From: an uncultured Bacteroides sp.
GTDB taxonomy: Bacteria; Bacteroidota; Bacteroidia; Bacteroidales; Muribaculaceae
Direction of reading: 5' to 3'
Length of the DNA stretch: 64,000 nucleotides
Assembly: GCA_964456545.1 (NCBI GenBank)
Contig: CAYWAM010000001.1
Location: forward strand, 159,809-223,808
Shown here piece by piece: positions 1 through 10,300 of the stretch. Position numbers and translations under genes: made by a program. The notes under the pieces are model-generated. The model saw only the letters and a program-made list of their open reading frames with translations. It ran no database searches and was not told the origin of the DNA. Positions within the stretch are counted from its first letter, which is position 1. Each line of letters opens with the position of its first letter.

Positions 1-610
1 TCCGGGCGGGCATATGTCACAATAGCTGTACGCAAGCCCAGCTGTGGCACGATTCCACGCAAATACATCGAGCGTTCGCCATACTCAGCCAGCAGATGCA
101 GTGCACGGTTGCTCATCAATCGATAATCAGCATGATTCGGTATCACATCAATACCCATCTTCTGCTGAAATTTATAGAACATGCCGGCCGTACCGCGTTT
201 AAACGCCGTGTCCTTGTCGCGATTAGAACGCACACCAAACACAATCTCGCAACCAGCATTATACTCTGCAATCATTTTTTCGAGAGCCGCAGGGTCGTCC
301 TGAAGATCGGCATCCATAGTCACGCATGCGTCACACCGATCCATCACGGCCTCAAGGCCTGCCATCAGCGCAGGTTGCTGACCGCGATTATGCGCCAAAG
401 TCACACCTTTCACTCGCGGATCATGCGCATGAGTTTCTCGCACAATCTGCCATGTCCTGTCTTTGCTGCCATCGTCGACAATAAATATATATGAGTCATC
501 AGAGATCAATCCGCGCGACACAAGCCGCTCAAGCTGACCAAGCATTACTTCCAACGTATGCGGTAACACTTCCTGCTCATTATAGCAGGGCATAACAATA
601 GACAGGCGCA
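1..610 (-). CDS. Family 2 glycosyltransferase (GtrB/ArnC-like polyprenyl-phosphate glycosyltransferase); 3' end runs off the window
   Basis: Absent from the ORF track because no stop lies in the window. My minus-strand translation from the ATG at 610-608 gives MRLSIVMPCYNEQEVLPHTLEVM..FIVDDGSKDRTWQIV..LAHNRGQQPALMAGL..TMDADLQDDP, a typical GT-A/GT2 signature. Confidence 0.85.
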
Positions 611-627
611 TTATATCTACTATTTAT

Positions 628-669
628 ACTGAAGCCCAGCTGCCGCATTTCCGGCCGCCGGGCTTCAGT
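628..669 (-). terminator. Stem-loop downstream of proS (possible terminator)
   Basis: ACTGAAGCCC (628-637) pairs with GGGCTTCAGT (660-669), giving a 10-bp stem with a long loop. It starts 13 nt after the proS stop. The downstream T-tract is weak. Confidence 0.35.
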
Positions 670-681
670 GGTGGTTATTAA

Positions 682-2163
682 TTAATAAGCACGGGCGATG
701 ATTACGCGACGCTTCGAGGGCTTACCGGTAACCATGCACACGCCCTCTTCCTCCTCACCATCGAGAGGTATACAACGGATGGTAGCTTTGGTTTCAGCCT
801 TGATGCGTTCTTCGGTTTCGGTAGTGCCATCCCAGTGACACAGGAAGAAACCGCCGTTCTCAATCTTTTCTTTAAATTCTTCGTACGAATCACACTTAGT
901 GATGCGGCTATCGCGCATCTTAAGGGCTTTCTGATAGATATTATCCTGAATATCTTCGAGAAGTTTGCTGATAGCATCAGCAATACCTTCGAGAGGCATA
1001 ATTTCCTTTTCAAGAGTATCGCGACGCATCACTTCTACTGTACCATTTTCAAGGTCGCGTGCGCCAATAGCCAGACGCACAGGCACGCCCTTAAGTTCAT
1101 AATCAGCAAACTTAAAGCCGGGACGACGCTTATCGTCATCATCGTACTTGACGCTGATACCCAACTTGCCGAGTCGCTCTACAATCGGATTAACGGCCTC
1201 AGTGATAGCAGCGAGCTGCTCTGCATTCTTCGAGATAGGCACGATTACAACCTGGATAGGAGCCAGATGCGGAGGTAATACCAAACCGTTATCGTCAGAG
1301 TGCGCCATAATCAGAGCGCCCATAAGACGCGTCGACACACCCCACGAGTTAGCCCATACGTATTCAGGTTTGTTTTCTTTGTTGACAAATGTCACGTCGA
1401 ATGCCTTAGCGAAGTTTTGGCCAAGATTATGCGAAGTACCCGACTGCAGTGCCTTACCATCCTGCATCATTGCTTCGATGGTATAGGTGTTCAGAGCGCC
1501 TGCAAAGCGTTCATTGGCAGTCTTTACGCCAATTACAACGGGCAGGCCCATATATCGGCGGCAGAACTCAGCATACAGATTAATCATCTGCACGGTACGC
1601 TTCTCCGATTCTTCGGCAGTAGCATGAGCGCAGTGACCTTCCTGCCATAAGAATTCAGCAGTGCGAAGGAACATACGTGTGCGCATTTCCCAACGCATAA
1701 CGTTGCACCACTGGTTGCAGATTACGGGCAGGTCGCGATACGAATGAATCCAATTTTTATATGTACCCCAGATGATAGTTTCCGAAGTGGGGCGCACGAT
1801 AAGTTCTTCTTCAAGCTTGGCTTCAGGATCTACAATGACACCAGTGCCATTTGGATCGTTCTTAAGACGATAGTGTGTCACGACGGCGCATTCCTTAGCA
1901 AAACCCTCTACGTGCTCGGCCTCGCGGCAGAGAAACGATTTCGGAATCAGCAAGGGGAAATAAGCATTCTTGACGCCGGTCTCTTTAAACATACCGTCGA
2001 GAGTTTGCTGCATTTTTTCCCAAATAGCATAGCCGTAGGGCTTGATTACCATACAGCCGCGCACGGCCGACTGCTCAGCCAGGTCTGCTTTTACCACAAG
2101 TTCGTTGTACCACTGTGAATAATTCTCCTGGCGCTTGGTCAGATGTTGTAGTTCTATTGCCAT
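682..2163 (-). CDS. proS: Proline--tRNA ligase (archaeal/eukaryote-like class II type common in Bacteroidetes)
   Basis: 493-aa ORF. The N-terminus [46 protein letters not shown] and the class II motifs are characteristic of ProRS. Confidence 0.95.
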   Translation of the reverse strand: MAIELQHLTKRQENYSQWYNELVVKADLAEQSAVRGCMVIKPYGYAIWEKMQQTLDGMFKETGVKNAYFPLLIPKSFLCREAEHVEGFAKECAVVTHYRLKNDPNGTGVIVDPEAKLEEELIVRPTSETIIWGTYKNWIHSYRDLPVICNQWCNVMRWEMRTRMFLRTAEFLWQEGHCAHATAEESEKRTVQMINLYAEFCRRYMGLPVVIGVKTANERFAGALNTYTIEAMMQDGKALQSGTSHNLGQNFAKAFDVTFVNKENKPEYVWANSWGVSTRLMGALIMAHSDDNGLVLPPHLAPIQVVIVPISKNAEQLAAITEAVNPIVERLGKLGISVKYDDDDKRRPGFKFADYELKGVPVRLAIGARDLENGTVEVMRRDTLEKEIMPLEGIADAISKLLEDIQDNIYQKALKMRDSRITKCDSYEEFKEKIENGGFFLCHWDGTTETEERIKAETKATIRCIPLDGEEEEGVCMVTGKPSKRRVIIARAY

Positions 2164-2200
2164 AGTATATTGTTCGTTATTTTCTTTCTTTAATTATTTG

Positions 2201-2208
2201 CAAATTTA
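2201..2208 (-). promoter_or_regulatory. -7 promoter box for proS
   Basis: The minus strand reads TAAATTTG, matching the Bacteroidetes sigma-A -7 consensus TAnnTTTG. It lies 37 nt upstream of the proS ATG. Confidence 0.5.
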
Positions 2209-2270
2209 CGCATTTTTTTGAAATTGCGAGTCCATTTACACAGATATAATAGTGACACGCAGCGAGCTGA

Positions 2271-2894
2271 TTAATTCTTCTTAAACTTTACGCCTGCCGC
2301 GCGCAGCATCTCGACGTCTGGAATGATAATAAACTCTACCCGTCGGTTGGCAGCGCGGTTGGCTAATGAATTGTCAGGCGCTATCGGCTCATCATGTGCC
2401 AAACCGTATGGAATCACATTTGTATCCTGCTGATCAGCGAGTTGCCACAGGTAATCATCAATCGCATTGGCTCGAGTTGCCGAAATCGAGTCGCTGTACA
2501 CTTCGTCGCCCGTATCGTCTGTATGTACGGCAACTAGCATCTTATACTTGCCCGGTTCGCGCACAACAGTCGCAAAAGGCTTGAGTACAGCACTTGACGA
2601 TGGCTTTAATGCTACAGCACCGGGGGCAAAAAGTTTCTCGCACGGCACCGTCACACGGAGTACTTCTTCATTGCGAAGCATTTCCACAGCAAATCCGTCC
2701 TTAACAAAATATCGACGCAACTGATCCATAGCGCTTACCACATAGCGGTGGGCTTTCTGCGGAACAGCCGGCGTTGACAAATTCTCCGACACACTCATAT
2801 CGAGATTATCGGGAGCATCTTGTTCTGATGCTGCAATTGGCATCACAAACGCTGCGACTCCGGCTATAAATAATGAGGAAAGAATTCTACGCAT
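2271..2894 (-). CDS. OmpA-family (peptidoglycan-associated) protein with signal peptide
   Basis: The C-terminal OmpA-like motif is VAVHTDDTGD..SATRANAIDDYL..NRAANRRVEFII. The N-terminal signal peptide is MRRILSSLFIAGVAAFVMPIAAS. The track start at 2897 is GTG; an ATG follows at 2894. Confidence 0.85.
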   Translation of the reverse strand: MRRILSSLFIAGVAAFVMPIAASEQDAPDNLDMSVSENLSTPAVPQKAHRYVVSAMDQLRRYFVKDGFAVEMLRNEEVLRVTVPCEKLFAPGAVALKPSSSAVLKPFATVVREPGKYKMLVAVHTDDTGDEVYSDSISATRANAIDDYLWQLADQQDTNVIPYGLAHDEPIAPDNSLANRAANRRVEFIIIPDVEMLRAAGVKFKKN

Positions 2895-2900
2895 CACTTG

Positions 2901-3185
2901 TTATAAACTTGTTTCATAATCAAGATATGCTCGCACCAGCGAGTCGACATCGGCATCGGCGACATGTGCACCGCGATCCTTGGCCAGCATTCGTTTTACA
3001 TAGGCCACAAGGTCTGCCGGGTCCACATCCTCGTCATCATCGCTATCGAAATCAATTTCGAGCAAACCATTCGACTCATAGTAGTCGTAAATCATATCAA
3101 TGATATTAAGCAGCTCGTTGTCGTCGTATGAAACTTCGACAGCGGCTTGCATTGCCTTTACAGCATCATTTTCATCAAATTCCAT
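2901..3185 (-). CDS. Hypothetical hyper-acidic 94-aa protein
   Basis: The ORF is packed 4 nt after rimM and 6 nt before the OmpA-family gene. By my count about 27 of 94 residues are D/E. I do not recognise a domain. Confidence 0.6.
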   Translation of the reverse strand: MEFDENDAVKAMQAAVEVSYDDNELLNIIDMIYDYYESNGLLEIDFDSDDDEDVDPADLVAYVKRMLAKDRGAHVADADVDSLVRAYLDYETSL

Positions 3186-3189
3186 AACT

Positions 3190-3720
3190 TCACTTATTTA
3201 ATTCAATCAGACCTTCGGGCAACTGCAGCGACAAATATCGAGCCTCAGCATCGAAATCAAGCAGTAGCTCGTCGTTATAAGGCACGATTACCTGACGACC
3301 GGAAGCATCGCGAACATAGACTAATACATTTGCCGTAGAGTCGTCAATTGCCTCAATTGTGCCCACCGGCGTATCGCCATCGCGCAACTCAAAGCCGACC
3401 ATATCGCATAAATAGATACCATCTTCTGCATCATCGCCTTCGACATGTGGCAAGCGTGCTGTCGGGAAGAAGACATCGTGCATGGCCAAGGCTGCAGCAT
3501 CCGTCTCGTTGACCACGTCGTCAAAGCGCACGAGCCAATCAGCTCCACGCGGACGAGCATCGGCTACGAAAAACGGGACATAAATACCCTCAATATCGAG
3601 CACCAAGAATCCAAGTTCGTCAGGCGCATAGCGCTCATCGAGTTCGAGCTGAAGCTCGCCCTTGATACCATGAGGCTTAAAAAGCCGACCTAATTGCTGC
3701 AGTTCGCTCTTTCTGATCAT
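3190..3720 (-). CDS. rimM: 16S rRNA processing protein RimM
   Basis: LGRLFKPHGIKGELQLEL, followed by a PRC-barrel-like C-terminal half, is typical of RimM. The start overlaps the upstream gene in an ATGA junction. Confidence 0.9.
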   Translation of the reverse strand: MIRKSELQQLGRLFKPHGIKGELQLELDERYAPDELGFLVLDIEGIYVPFFVADARPRGADWLVRFDDVVNETDAAALAMHDVFFPTARLPHVEGDDAEDGIYLCDMVGFELRDGDTPVGTIEAIDDSTANVLVYVRDASGRQVIVPYNDELLLDFDAEARYLSLQLPEGLIELNK

Positions 3721-4301
3721 TTTTTACGTTTTTTCTTCGAAGGCGACGGAGCCAAAGCATAGTCTTGCAATGACAAATCCTCGGGATAAATCTCGATGAC
3801 ACCATCGCTCATTTCATAAAGATCCTTGAACACCTTTACGTCCTCAACGCCTTCCGGATTAGCATTCAGCTGCAATTTTTTCATATGGTTGGCAAGCAAC
3901 TCAATGAAAGCATCGCGTTCCTCACCCGGCTCCATGGCACATGCACGCACGACCATTTCTTCTACTAAATGGCCATACTGGCGACGACGAATAGTTGTGC
4001 TACCTTTCGCTACAGGCTGCGGACTTTCATCAAGAGCTTCCGGCTTAAGCAATTCGAAAGGTAAATCTACATCGAGTTTGAAATCACTAATCAGTGCTAT
4101 GTGGTCCCACAGCTTGCGACGATAGGCCTGCTGATCGCCTTGTACGGGAAAAAGGATAGCCATCGCATCAACAATCGACCGCGCGCAGCGTGTGCGCTCC
4201 TCGCGATTTTCAATCGTCAAGCAATGATCTACCATATTCTGAATATTCCGGCCATATTCCGGCAGGACCAGAGATTTCATATGATTCTTATATGTAAGCA
4301 C
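3717..4301 (-). CDS. DUF4290-family protein
   Basis: LVLPEYGRNIQNMVDHCLTIENREERTRCA matches the conserved Bacteroidetes DUF4290 N-terminus as I remember it. The start codon at 4301 is GTG; an alternative ATG is at 4280. Confidence 0.75.
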   Translation of the reverse strand: MLTYKNHMKSLVLPEYGRNIQNMVDHCLTIENREERTRCARSIVDAMAILFPVQGDQQAYRRKLWDHIALISDFKLDVDLPFELLKPEALDESPQPVAKGSTTIRRRQYGHLVEEMVVRACAMEPGEERDAFIELLANHMKKLQLNANPEGVEDVKVFKDLYEMSDGVIEIYPEDLSLQDYALAPSPSKKKRKK

Positions 4302-4326
4302 TTTCGTTTTTTAGTTTGTTATTTTG

Positions 4327-4334
4327 CAAAGTTA
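4327..4334 (-). promoter_or_regulatory. -7 promoter box for the DUF4290-rimM operon
   Basis: The minus strand reads TAACTTTG (TAnnTTTG), 25 nt upstream of the 4301 start. Confidence 0.5.
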
Positions 4335-4383
4335 GCAATTTTTTCGCAATATATAGCCCATAGAGGCAAATTAGCCTCTTATA

Positions 4384-5706
4384 TCATTCGGGAGCGACTC
4401 CCGTCTGTGTATTATTACGCGAATTGATTATGTTGATATCTCCCGACAGATTATAGTGCTTTCCATCAGAACCGACAGCCTTAATCACATAGTAATAGAC
4501 GCCAGAGCCTACGACCTTACCACCATGCTTACCATCCCAGCCTTGTGCAGGGTCTGTCAGATGAGCCAATTTTTGCCCCCATCGATTGAAGATGTGGCAA
4601 TCAAATGAGATAATTGAACGATAGCTCACCTTCCATTCATCATTTACCCCCTCCGTTGTACCTGGCGAGAACGCATTCGGGCAATCAAGACGCGAGTCGC
4701 CGACGGTCACCGTATATACATCGCTGATATATTCACAATTACCATCGGCATTATTTGCTACAAAGCGCACATACGTCATGCCGGCTTCGGTAAATTCATA
4801 GACAAATTCCAACTGGTCGTAGCTGTAGCTGACGTCGTCGAATTCAGGGTAAGTCGACACTTCCCAACGGCGATAGATAGCAGCATCAGTGACTGCAGCA
4901 CGAAAAGTAATCTCACATGGAGCCGATCCTCCGAGTTCCGACTCGAGTTTCTGTTCGTTATCACTTTCACGAACTGTCTGCTCAGCCCTAGTCTCAGCTT
5001 GCACTGCCGTGGCAATAAACGTAGAAGACTGCACTTCGGCCCCTACGCCCCACTCTTTTGCAAAGCGATCAGGTTGCAGCGTAAAATAAGTATCACAAAG
5101 TGGCGCAGGTGCCAAAATAGTTTCAGTAAGGCCTGTATAAGTTTCTGCTACCGGAGTCTGCACATACATCATATCATCTTCCGAAAAATTTAGCGACATG
5201 TAGCTTAGCTCAATTTCTCGGTCGAGTTCCTCGCGGCGGCCATTAATTGTAAAATAATATATTGGCAACGCAGGATTATCAATATGCAACTGCACTCGAT
5301 CGCAATCCGAGGCGATGGCCGAAATACCGGTCACATCGTAAACATGGTTGGCGTAGTTGACTACCCACACATAAGTACGTCGAGACCCATCGCTGATGAT
5401 GTATCCCATATCGTCAGCTCCAAGAGTCACCATTGAGTGGACTCCATCTGTAGTCGACGCTACATCCTCGGCATATCCACCGCCAAGGTTGCTAAACTTC
5501 TGCCACGTGACTGCATTTGCAGCTCCTGTCGCAGAATATTTCAACGTACTACCGACAGCATTTTCCACAACAATAATTCCTGATAGACCTGTCGACGACG
5601 GAGCCTGCAGTTTAATGGCTCGCGCTCCATCTATCGCTACTGACGACTGTGCAGCAAGTGCATTTGCGACCACAGAGGCCACTGCAAATATAATATATCT
5701 TTTCAT
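4384..5706 (-). CDS. Secreted protein with T9SS type B (gliding-motility-associated) C-terminal sorting domain
   Basis: The signal peptide is [21 protein letters not shown]. The C-terminus is [47 protein letters not shown], the CHU_C/type B CTD pattern. I do not recognise the roughly 340-aa body. Confidence 0.8.
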   Translation of the reverse strand: MKRYIIFAVASVVANALAAQSSVAIDGARAIKLQAPSSTGLSGIIVVENAVGSTLKYSATGAANAVTWQKFSNLGGGYAEDVASTTDGVHSMVTLGADDMGYIISDGSRRTYVWVVNYANHVYDVTGISAIASDCDRVQLHIDNPALPIYYFTINGRREELDREIELSYMSLNFSEDDMMYVQTPVAETYTGLTETILAPAPLCDTYFTLQPDRFAKEWGVGAEVQSSTFIATAVQAETRAEQTVRESDNEQKLESELGGSAPCEITFRAAVTDAAIYRRWEVSTYPEFDDVSYSYDQLEFVYEFTEAGMTYVRFVANNADGNCEYISDVYTVTVGDSRLDCPNAFSPGTTEGVNDEWKVSYRSIISFDCHIFNRWGQKLAHLTDPAQGWDGKHGGKVVGSGVYYYVIKAVGSDGKHYNLSGDINIINSRNNTQTGVAPE

Positions 5707-6272
5707 TTTTTCACCTTGTCTGGATTACGGGCTATAAAATCCTTCCACGAAGTAGCCTTGGCCACAGCCGGCTTGCCTGACTCATAGAAGTGACACAATG
5801 CGGCTGCGAGGGCATCTGTTGAGTCAAGTTCCGGCAATAAACTGTCGTCGCTGATTTTCAATATACGCTTAAGCATCTCACGCACCTGCTCCTTCGAAGC
5901 AGCACCGTTGCCGGTAATGGCTTGCTTTATCTTACGAGGCTCATACTCCGCTATTGGAATATCTCGCGACAAAACAGCTGCCATGGCCACTCCTTGCGCA
6001 CGACCGAGTTTAAGCATCGACTGCACATTTTTGCCAAAAAAGGGAGCCTCAATAGCCAGCTCATCCGGCAAATATTGTGCACACAAATCCTGCACACGCT
6101 CGTAAATTCTACGCAAGCGCAGATAGTGTGTTTCAAAACGACTCAGCTTCACCACACCCATAGCTATCAACTCAGGCTTCTTGCCGTTGACGCCAAGGAT
6201 ACCGTAGCCCATCACATTCGTGCCCGGGTCTATACCGATGATTACTCGCTGATAGTCGCGCACTTCGCTCAT
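5703..6272 (-). CDS. ruvC: Crossover junction endodeoxyribonuclease RuvC
   Basis: [35 protein letters not shown] is a RuvC signature. The track start at 6320 is TTG. The ATG at 6272 forms an ATGA overlap with the upstream stop. Confidence 0.92.
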   Translation of the reverse strand: MSEVRDYQRVIIGIDPGTNVMGYGILGVNGKKPELIAMGVVKLSRFETHYLRLRRIYERVQDLCAQYLPDELAIEAPFFGKNVQSMLKLGRAQGVAMAAVLSRDIPIAEYEPRKIKQAITGNGAASKEQVREMLKRILKISDDSLLPELDSTDALAAALCHFYESGKPAVAKATSWKDFIARNPDKVKK

Positions 6273-6577
6273 TGCATCACGGATAAAGTAGTTGAGAAAA
6301 ATACAGCTCGCGATGGCCAACGTTTCAGAATATCATCAAACAGACGACTACCATGATCGGCATACCAAGTCGAAATATCATCGCGCGACTTTGCACGCAA
6401 ATGCAGGGCCAGACTCGTCACGCCTGGTTCGGTCTGTGCCTCTACTCTAAATAGTTCAGGGGCCGTGAAGTACTCACCATCGGCTATAGCTGTCGGTATG
6501 AACTCGGCACGTAGCCACTCAACAAATTCTGCTTCAATGGTCGTATCAATACCAAATGTAGTGTTATATAGCAACAT
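6269..6577 (-). CDS. DUF4286-family protein
   Basis: The 102-aa sequence [28 protein letters not shown] resembles the conserved Bacteroidetes DUF4286 family. Confidence 0.7.
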   Translation of the reverse strand: MLLYNTTFGIDTTIEAEFVEWLRAEFIPTAIADGEYFTAPELFRVEAQTEPGVTSLALHLRAKSRDDISTWYADHGSRLFDDILKRWPSRAVFFSTTLSVMQ

Positions 6578-6588
6578 ATTTTTATCGT

Positions 6589-7356
6589 TCAGGATGGAAT
6601 GTTAAACAACTTATTACGCAAAAAACGGAACACAAACCCCAAGTGGCGCATAGCCGTAGGCCAAAAGCCATAATAGTGCACCATGATTCTGAATCGCTCT
6701 TTAAGCGACTTGCGGCGGTGAGCTGTAGTCATGCCTTCGGCCAGATAATCGATAAGGACATCATCAATATAGCCATTGCGCTTCGACATCTGCAGACACC
6801 GAATACACCAATCAAAATCAGCCGACAACTTATACGTCAAATCATAGTGCGGTGCTAAAGCCTTGCGCACCACAAAAGCCTGATGACAAACTAGCATTCC
6901 GCGTGCGAAATCGCGATACGAAAGCTCGGCCGGAGCTGTCAGATGACGCGGAGCTATGAATGCTCCGGAATCGTCGACCAAATTTGTCTGTCCATATACC
7001 ACATCGGGATTATCACCATGGTCAATCCGGTCGCTAATCATCTGAAGCGTGTGCGGCGAATGAAACATATCACCAGCATTCAAAAAAATCAAATACTGAC
7101 CTTCTGCTTCTTTGATTCCCTTATTCATAGCGTCATAGATACCATCATCAGGCTCGCAGATATCGCGTATGTAGTGGTTAGACGCTTCGACAGCTATCAA
7201 CGCAGTTTTATCCTTCGACAGGCCATCTACCAGGATATGCTCATAGTCGGTGCAAGTCTGTTCATCAACACTACGCACGGTTCGCTCGATAGTGGTAGCC
7301 GCATTATACGACACCGTTATAATTGAAAAACGCGGAAGTTTTCTTGGAGGTAACAT
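6589..7356 (-). CDS. Family 2 glycosyltransferase
   Basis: FSIITVSYNAATTIERTVRSVDEQTCTDYEHILVDGLSKDKT..FLNAGD is a GT2 N-terminal signature. Confidence 0.88.
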   Translation of the reverse strand: MLPPRKLPRFSIITVSYNAATTIERTVRSVDEQTCTDYEHILVDGLSKDKTALIAVEASNHYIRDICEPDDGIYDAMNKGIKEAEGQYLIFLNAGDMFHSPHTLQMISDRIDHGDNPDVVYGQTNLVDDSGAFIAPRHLTAPAELSYRDFARGMLVCHQAFVVRKALAPHYDLTYKLSADFDWCIRCLQMSKRNGYIDDVLIDYLAEGMTTAHRRKSLKERFRIMVHYYGFWPTAMRHLGFVFRFLRNKLFNIPS

Positions 7357-7367
7357 AAATGTACGAC

Positions 7368-10300
7368 TTATTTAAGATTCGACGCTAGCTCCCTATCAGT
7401 TGCAATAATTTCACGTGCCTTTTCCGAGTCATACGAGCAACGCATCGTATAGCCCAACTGACGACTCGTAAGCTTCGCAGCTAACGACACAGAGAAGTTT
7501 TCAACCTGTGACTCAGCCACAAGCTCACAAGCCACCGTAGCATTAGCAGGCATTTCAACGATTCGTTCGGGTGTCGACGTGAGGTGTGCTGCCGGTATGT
7601 CGGTCATGCGCATTGTGCGTCGGAACAAATTATCCTTCGTATCGGTAATGTAGACATTGAGTGCATCGGTGGACTTCGCAATCACAGCAAATATTGGGAG
7701 AGAATCACGGAAATAGTTCACATCTCGATTCTCCGGTTTCTCGAGGATTTCGCTCATGGGCACACGCAGCAGTCGCTGATTATCAAACATCATCAACAAG
7801 CTACCATTCTGTGCTTCTTCTGGCGAAAAAGCAAGTACAAGCGGTAGTTCATATTCGCGATAATAATCGCGACGCGAATGGCTCAGAGTGTTATCGTGGC
7901 CGAAATACAGATAACCGGCCGGTTCGATAAAGCCTTCATCATCATTGTGAAGCACATTATGACGCCACGCCGAAGTCGAAATCTGATGATGTTGTTCAGA
8001 TGAAGACGTGGTTGGCACTGTATCCACAGGCTCAGTGACGGCGGTCGGAACTGCTGCAGCTAACGTCGAATCGGCTACTGCTTCAAAACGACGCTGCGAA
8101 TCGCGAGCGCGACGTTCTTGTTCGTATTCTTCACGTTCGCTATCAGCAAGTTTCATCGTAGAACCGCTACGGCGCACATAGATGACACCATCAAGTTCAA
8201 CGGGCGTTACACGCGGTTGCACTTTAACAACAATTACATCTCGCGTTGCTTCATCATCCGGTTCTATCTGTACACTTTCGGTGACAATAGTGCCCCAAGT
8301 ATGGCGCACCAAGTTCGTCAAAAAGTTGCAAACATTGTCAGGTGTACGGATTTCGTAATGATTCGAACCAATAATGCCCTTATGACGCTTATAGTATTCG
8401 AAATCCTCAAAGAGCCCTGCTTCGCAGTGCGTAGAATCGTTTACGCCAATGAAGAGCGTACCGCCTGAGGCATTCATGAAGCCTGCAATTGTGCGCAAAA
8501 GCACCTGTTGCTGGCGTTCGGGAGCCGCCTCAACTTTTTCGGTCTGCGATTTGCGCGCCGGATAGACGATACTCGACTTGAACTCAACAAATTGGTTTTC
8601 AGAGCCATATGATTTGAGCACACGCGGCTCGAAGTTAACTCCGAGCAAACGTGCAATCTCCGTCTTAAGTCCCTTGGCAATAGTATTATCATCTCGACCA
8701 TCTTCCGGCAACATATTGTAAGACAACACCATTCGTGCCAACGTATTTTCGAGGCTATTTCGAGGATTATTGATAGTTTGCCAAAGCGATTCATTGCACG
8801 AACCATCACCCATCCACGACACGATTTCGAGTCGATGGAAGATAATCTGAAGCAATGGTGATGCCGCTACTTCGGAGCGACGAGCTTCGAGCTCAGCTGA
8901 ATCTATGCGGCTATTCGAAGCATAAAATTGATATTGCTGCAGTAGCGATGCATGAGTCAGTAGGTTGGCTGCCATCGCATCATCGTCTATCAAAAGCGAC
9001 AACAAGCGAGCAAAACGTAGATAATCAAATGCATTCAGCAGTTTCGAACAGGTCATTGACTTAAATCGGAAAAGCTGAACTATCTCCTCGATATCTTCTC
9101 GCGTAAGACTTTCAGTATCCGGCTCATCGTCAGCCACTTCCACATCTTCGGGTTCATTATCTACCTCAACGGCAATGCTATTCAGCAAGTTAATAAAAGC
9201 AATCGTTCTATTGACCTCGACATCTACTTCGGACAGCTCAACAACGACGCCTTCAATATGTGTCGGATTGCTATAATCAAGCACGCGATAATCAACGATA
9301 TCTCCTAATTTAAGGTCATCATCTTCTTCGCGGATGAGGTAGGCACAATAACCGCAATCGCCAATCACAAGATATTCAGTAGACGACATCCATGTCACTA
9401 CGCCATGATATACCGTATCTAAATTGAGCGACTCCGGAAGTTGGGCAGCAACATCATCAACTAGCGAGAATCTATAACGACCGAAGTTATCAACCCCAAT
9501 CACTGTGGCAGCGAAATGCAGAGGTTTGCCACTATCATCGCGAAAAGCCTTCTCGATAATTGAACGATTGTAATCAAGGTCGCTACCTCGCAAATTGTAC
9601 GACACGATATCGCTACGCTTAATGAAACCATCGCCTGACTGTACGATTGGATCATCTATGCGACAACGCCACATCGGATCATCGCCACCACTAACTTCGC
9701 GAGGGTCTATAATGATAGCAACTTGGTCACCGATATCGGCTCGGTTGCGCTGGCGAGCCTCGTTTTCTGTTTGTGTACTCTTTTCGAACAACACTTTCTC
9801 TATATCACTCCACAACTGACGGTGAGCATCAAAGCTATTGATTTTTGAACCTGTCAGACTCTTTATGCCGTCGATATAAACCTGCGGCGAAAGCCACGGC
9901 ATCATCGACGACGGCAAAACAGGCGTAGTATCGGCTTCGGTCGAACGCTTTATGCTTACACCTTCATCACCTGCCGTTATAGCTATATTACCGGCACGGA
10001 ATAAGCGTATTGGCAACGATTTTTCAGCACGATTTACGCTCACTGATGCTTTTGTCATAAGTAACTGCGGAGCTTTGACATCGTCGTAACTGAACTCAAG
10101 CGGTAACTTCGCACCAAGCAAAGTCATATACGACTTATCGAGCAACACATCACTCTTACCGGGACGCAGCAGCGAAATGTAGCGATAAAAGAGCGAACGG
10201 TTGCGACGCTCCGACTCATCATCACGCTTACCACCTATAAGTGTTTGCAGAGCTATAGCTGTGACAATTTTACCCAATCGATCAGTCTCCGATTCGTTTT

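Noticed and set aside
96-494. 132-aa plus-strand ORF at the window start
   Set aside because: It lies entirely antisense to a clear GT2 glycosyltransferase reading frame on the minus strand (1-610). Its sequence is low-complexity and His/Arg/Ile-rich, which is typical of a shadow ORF.
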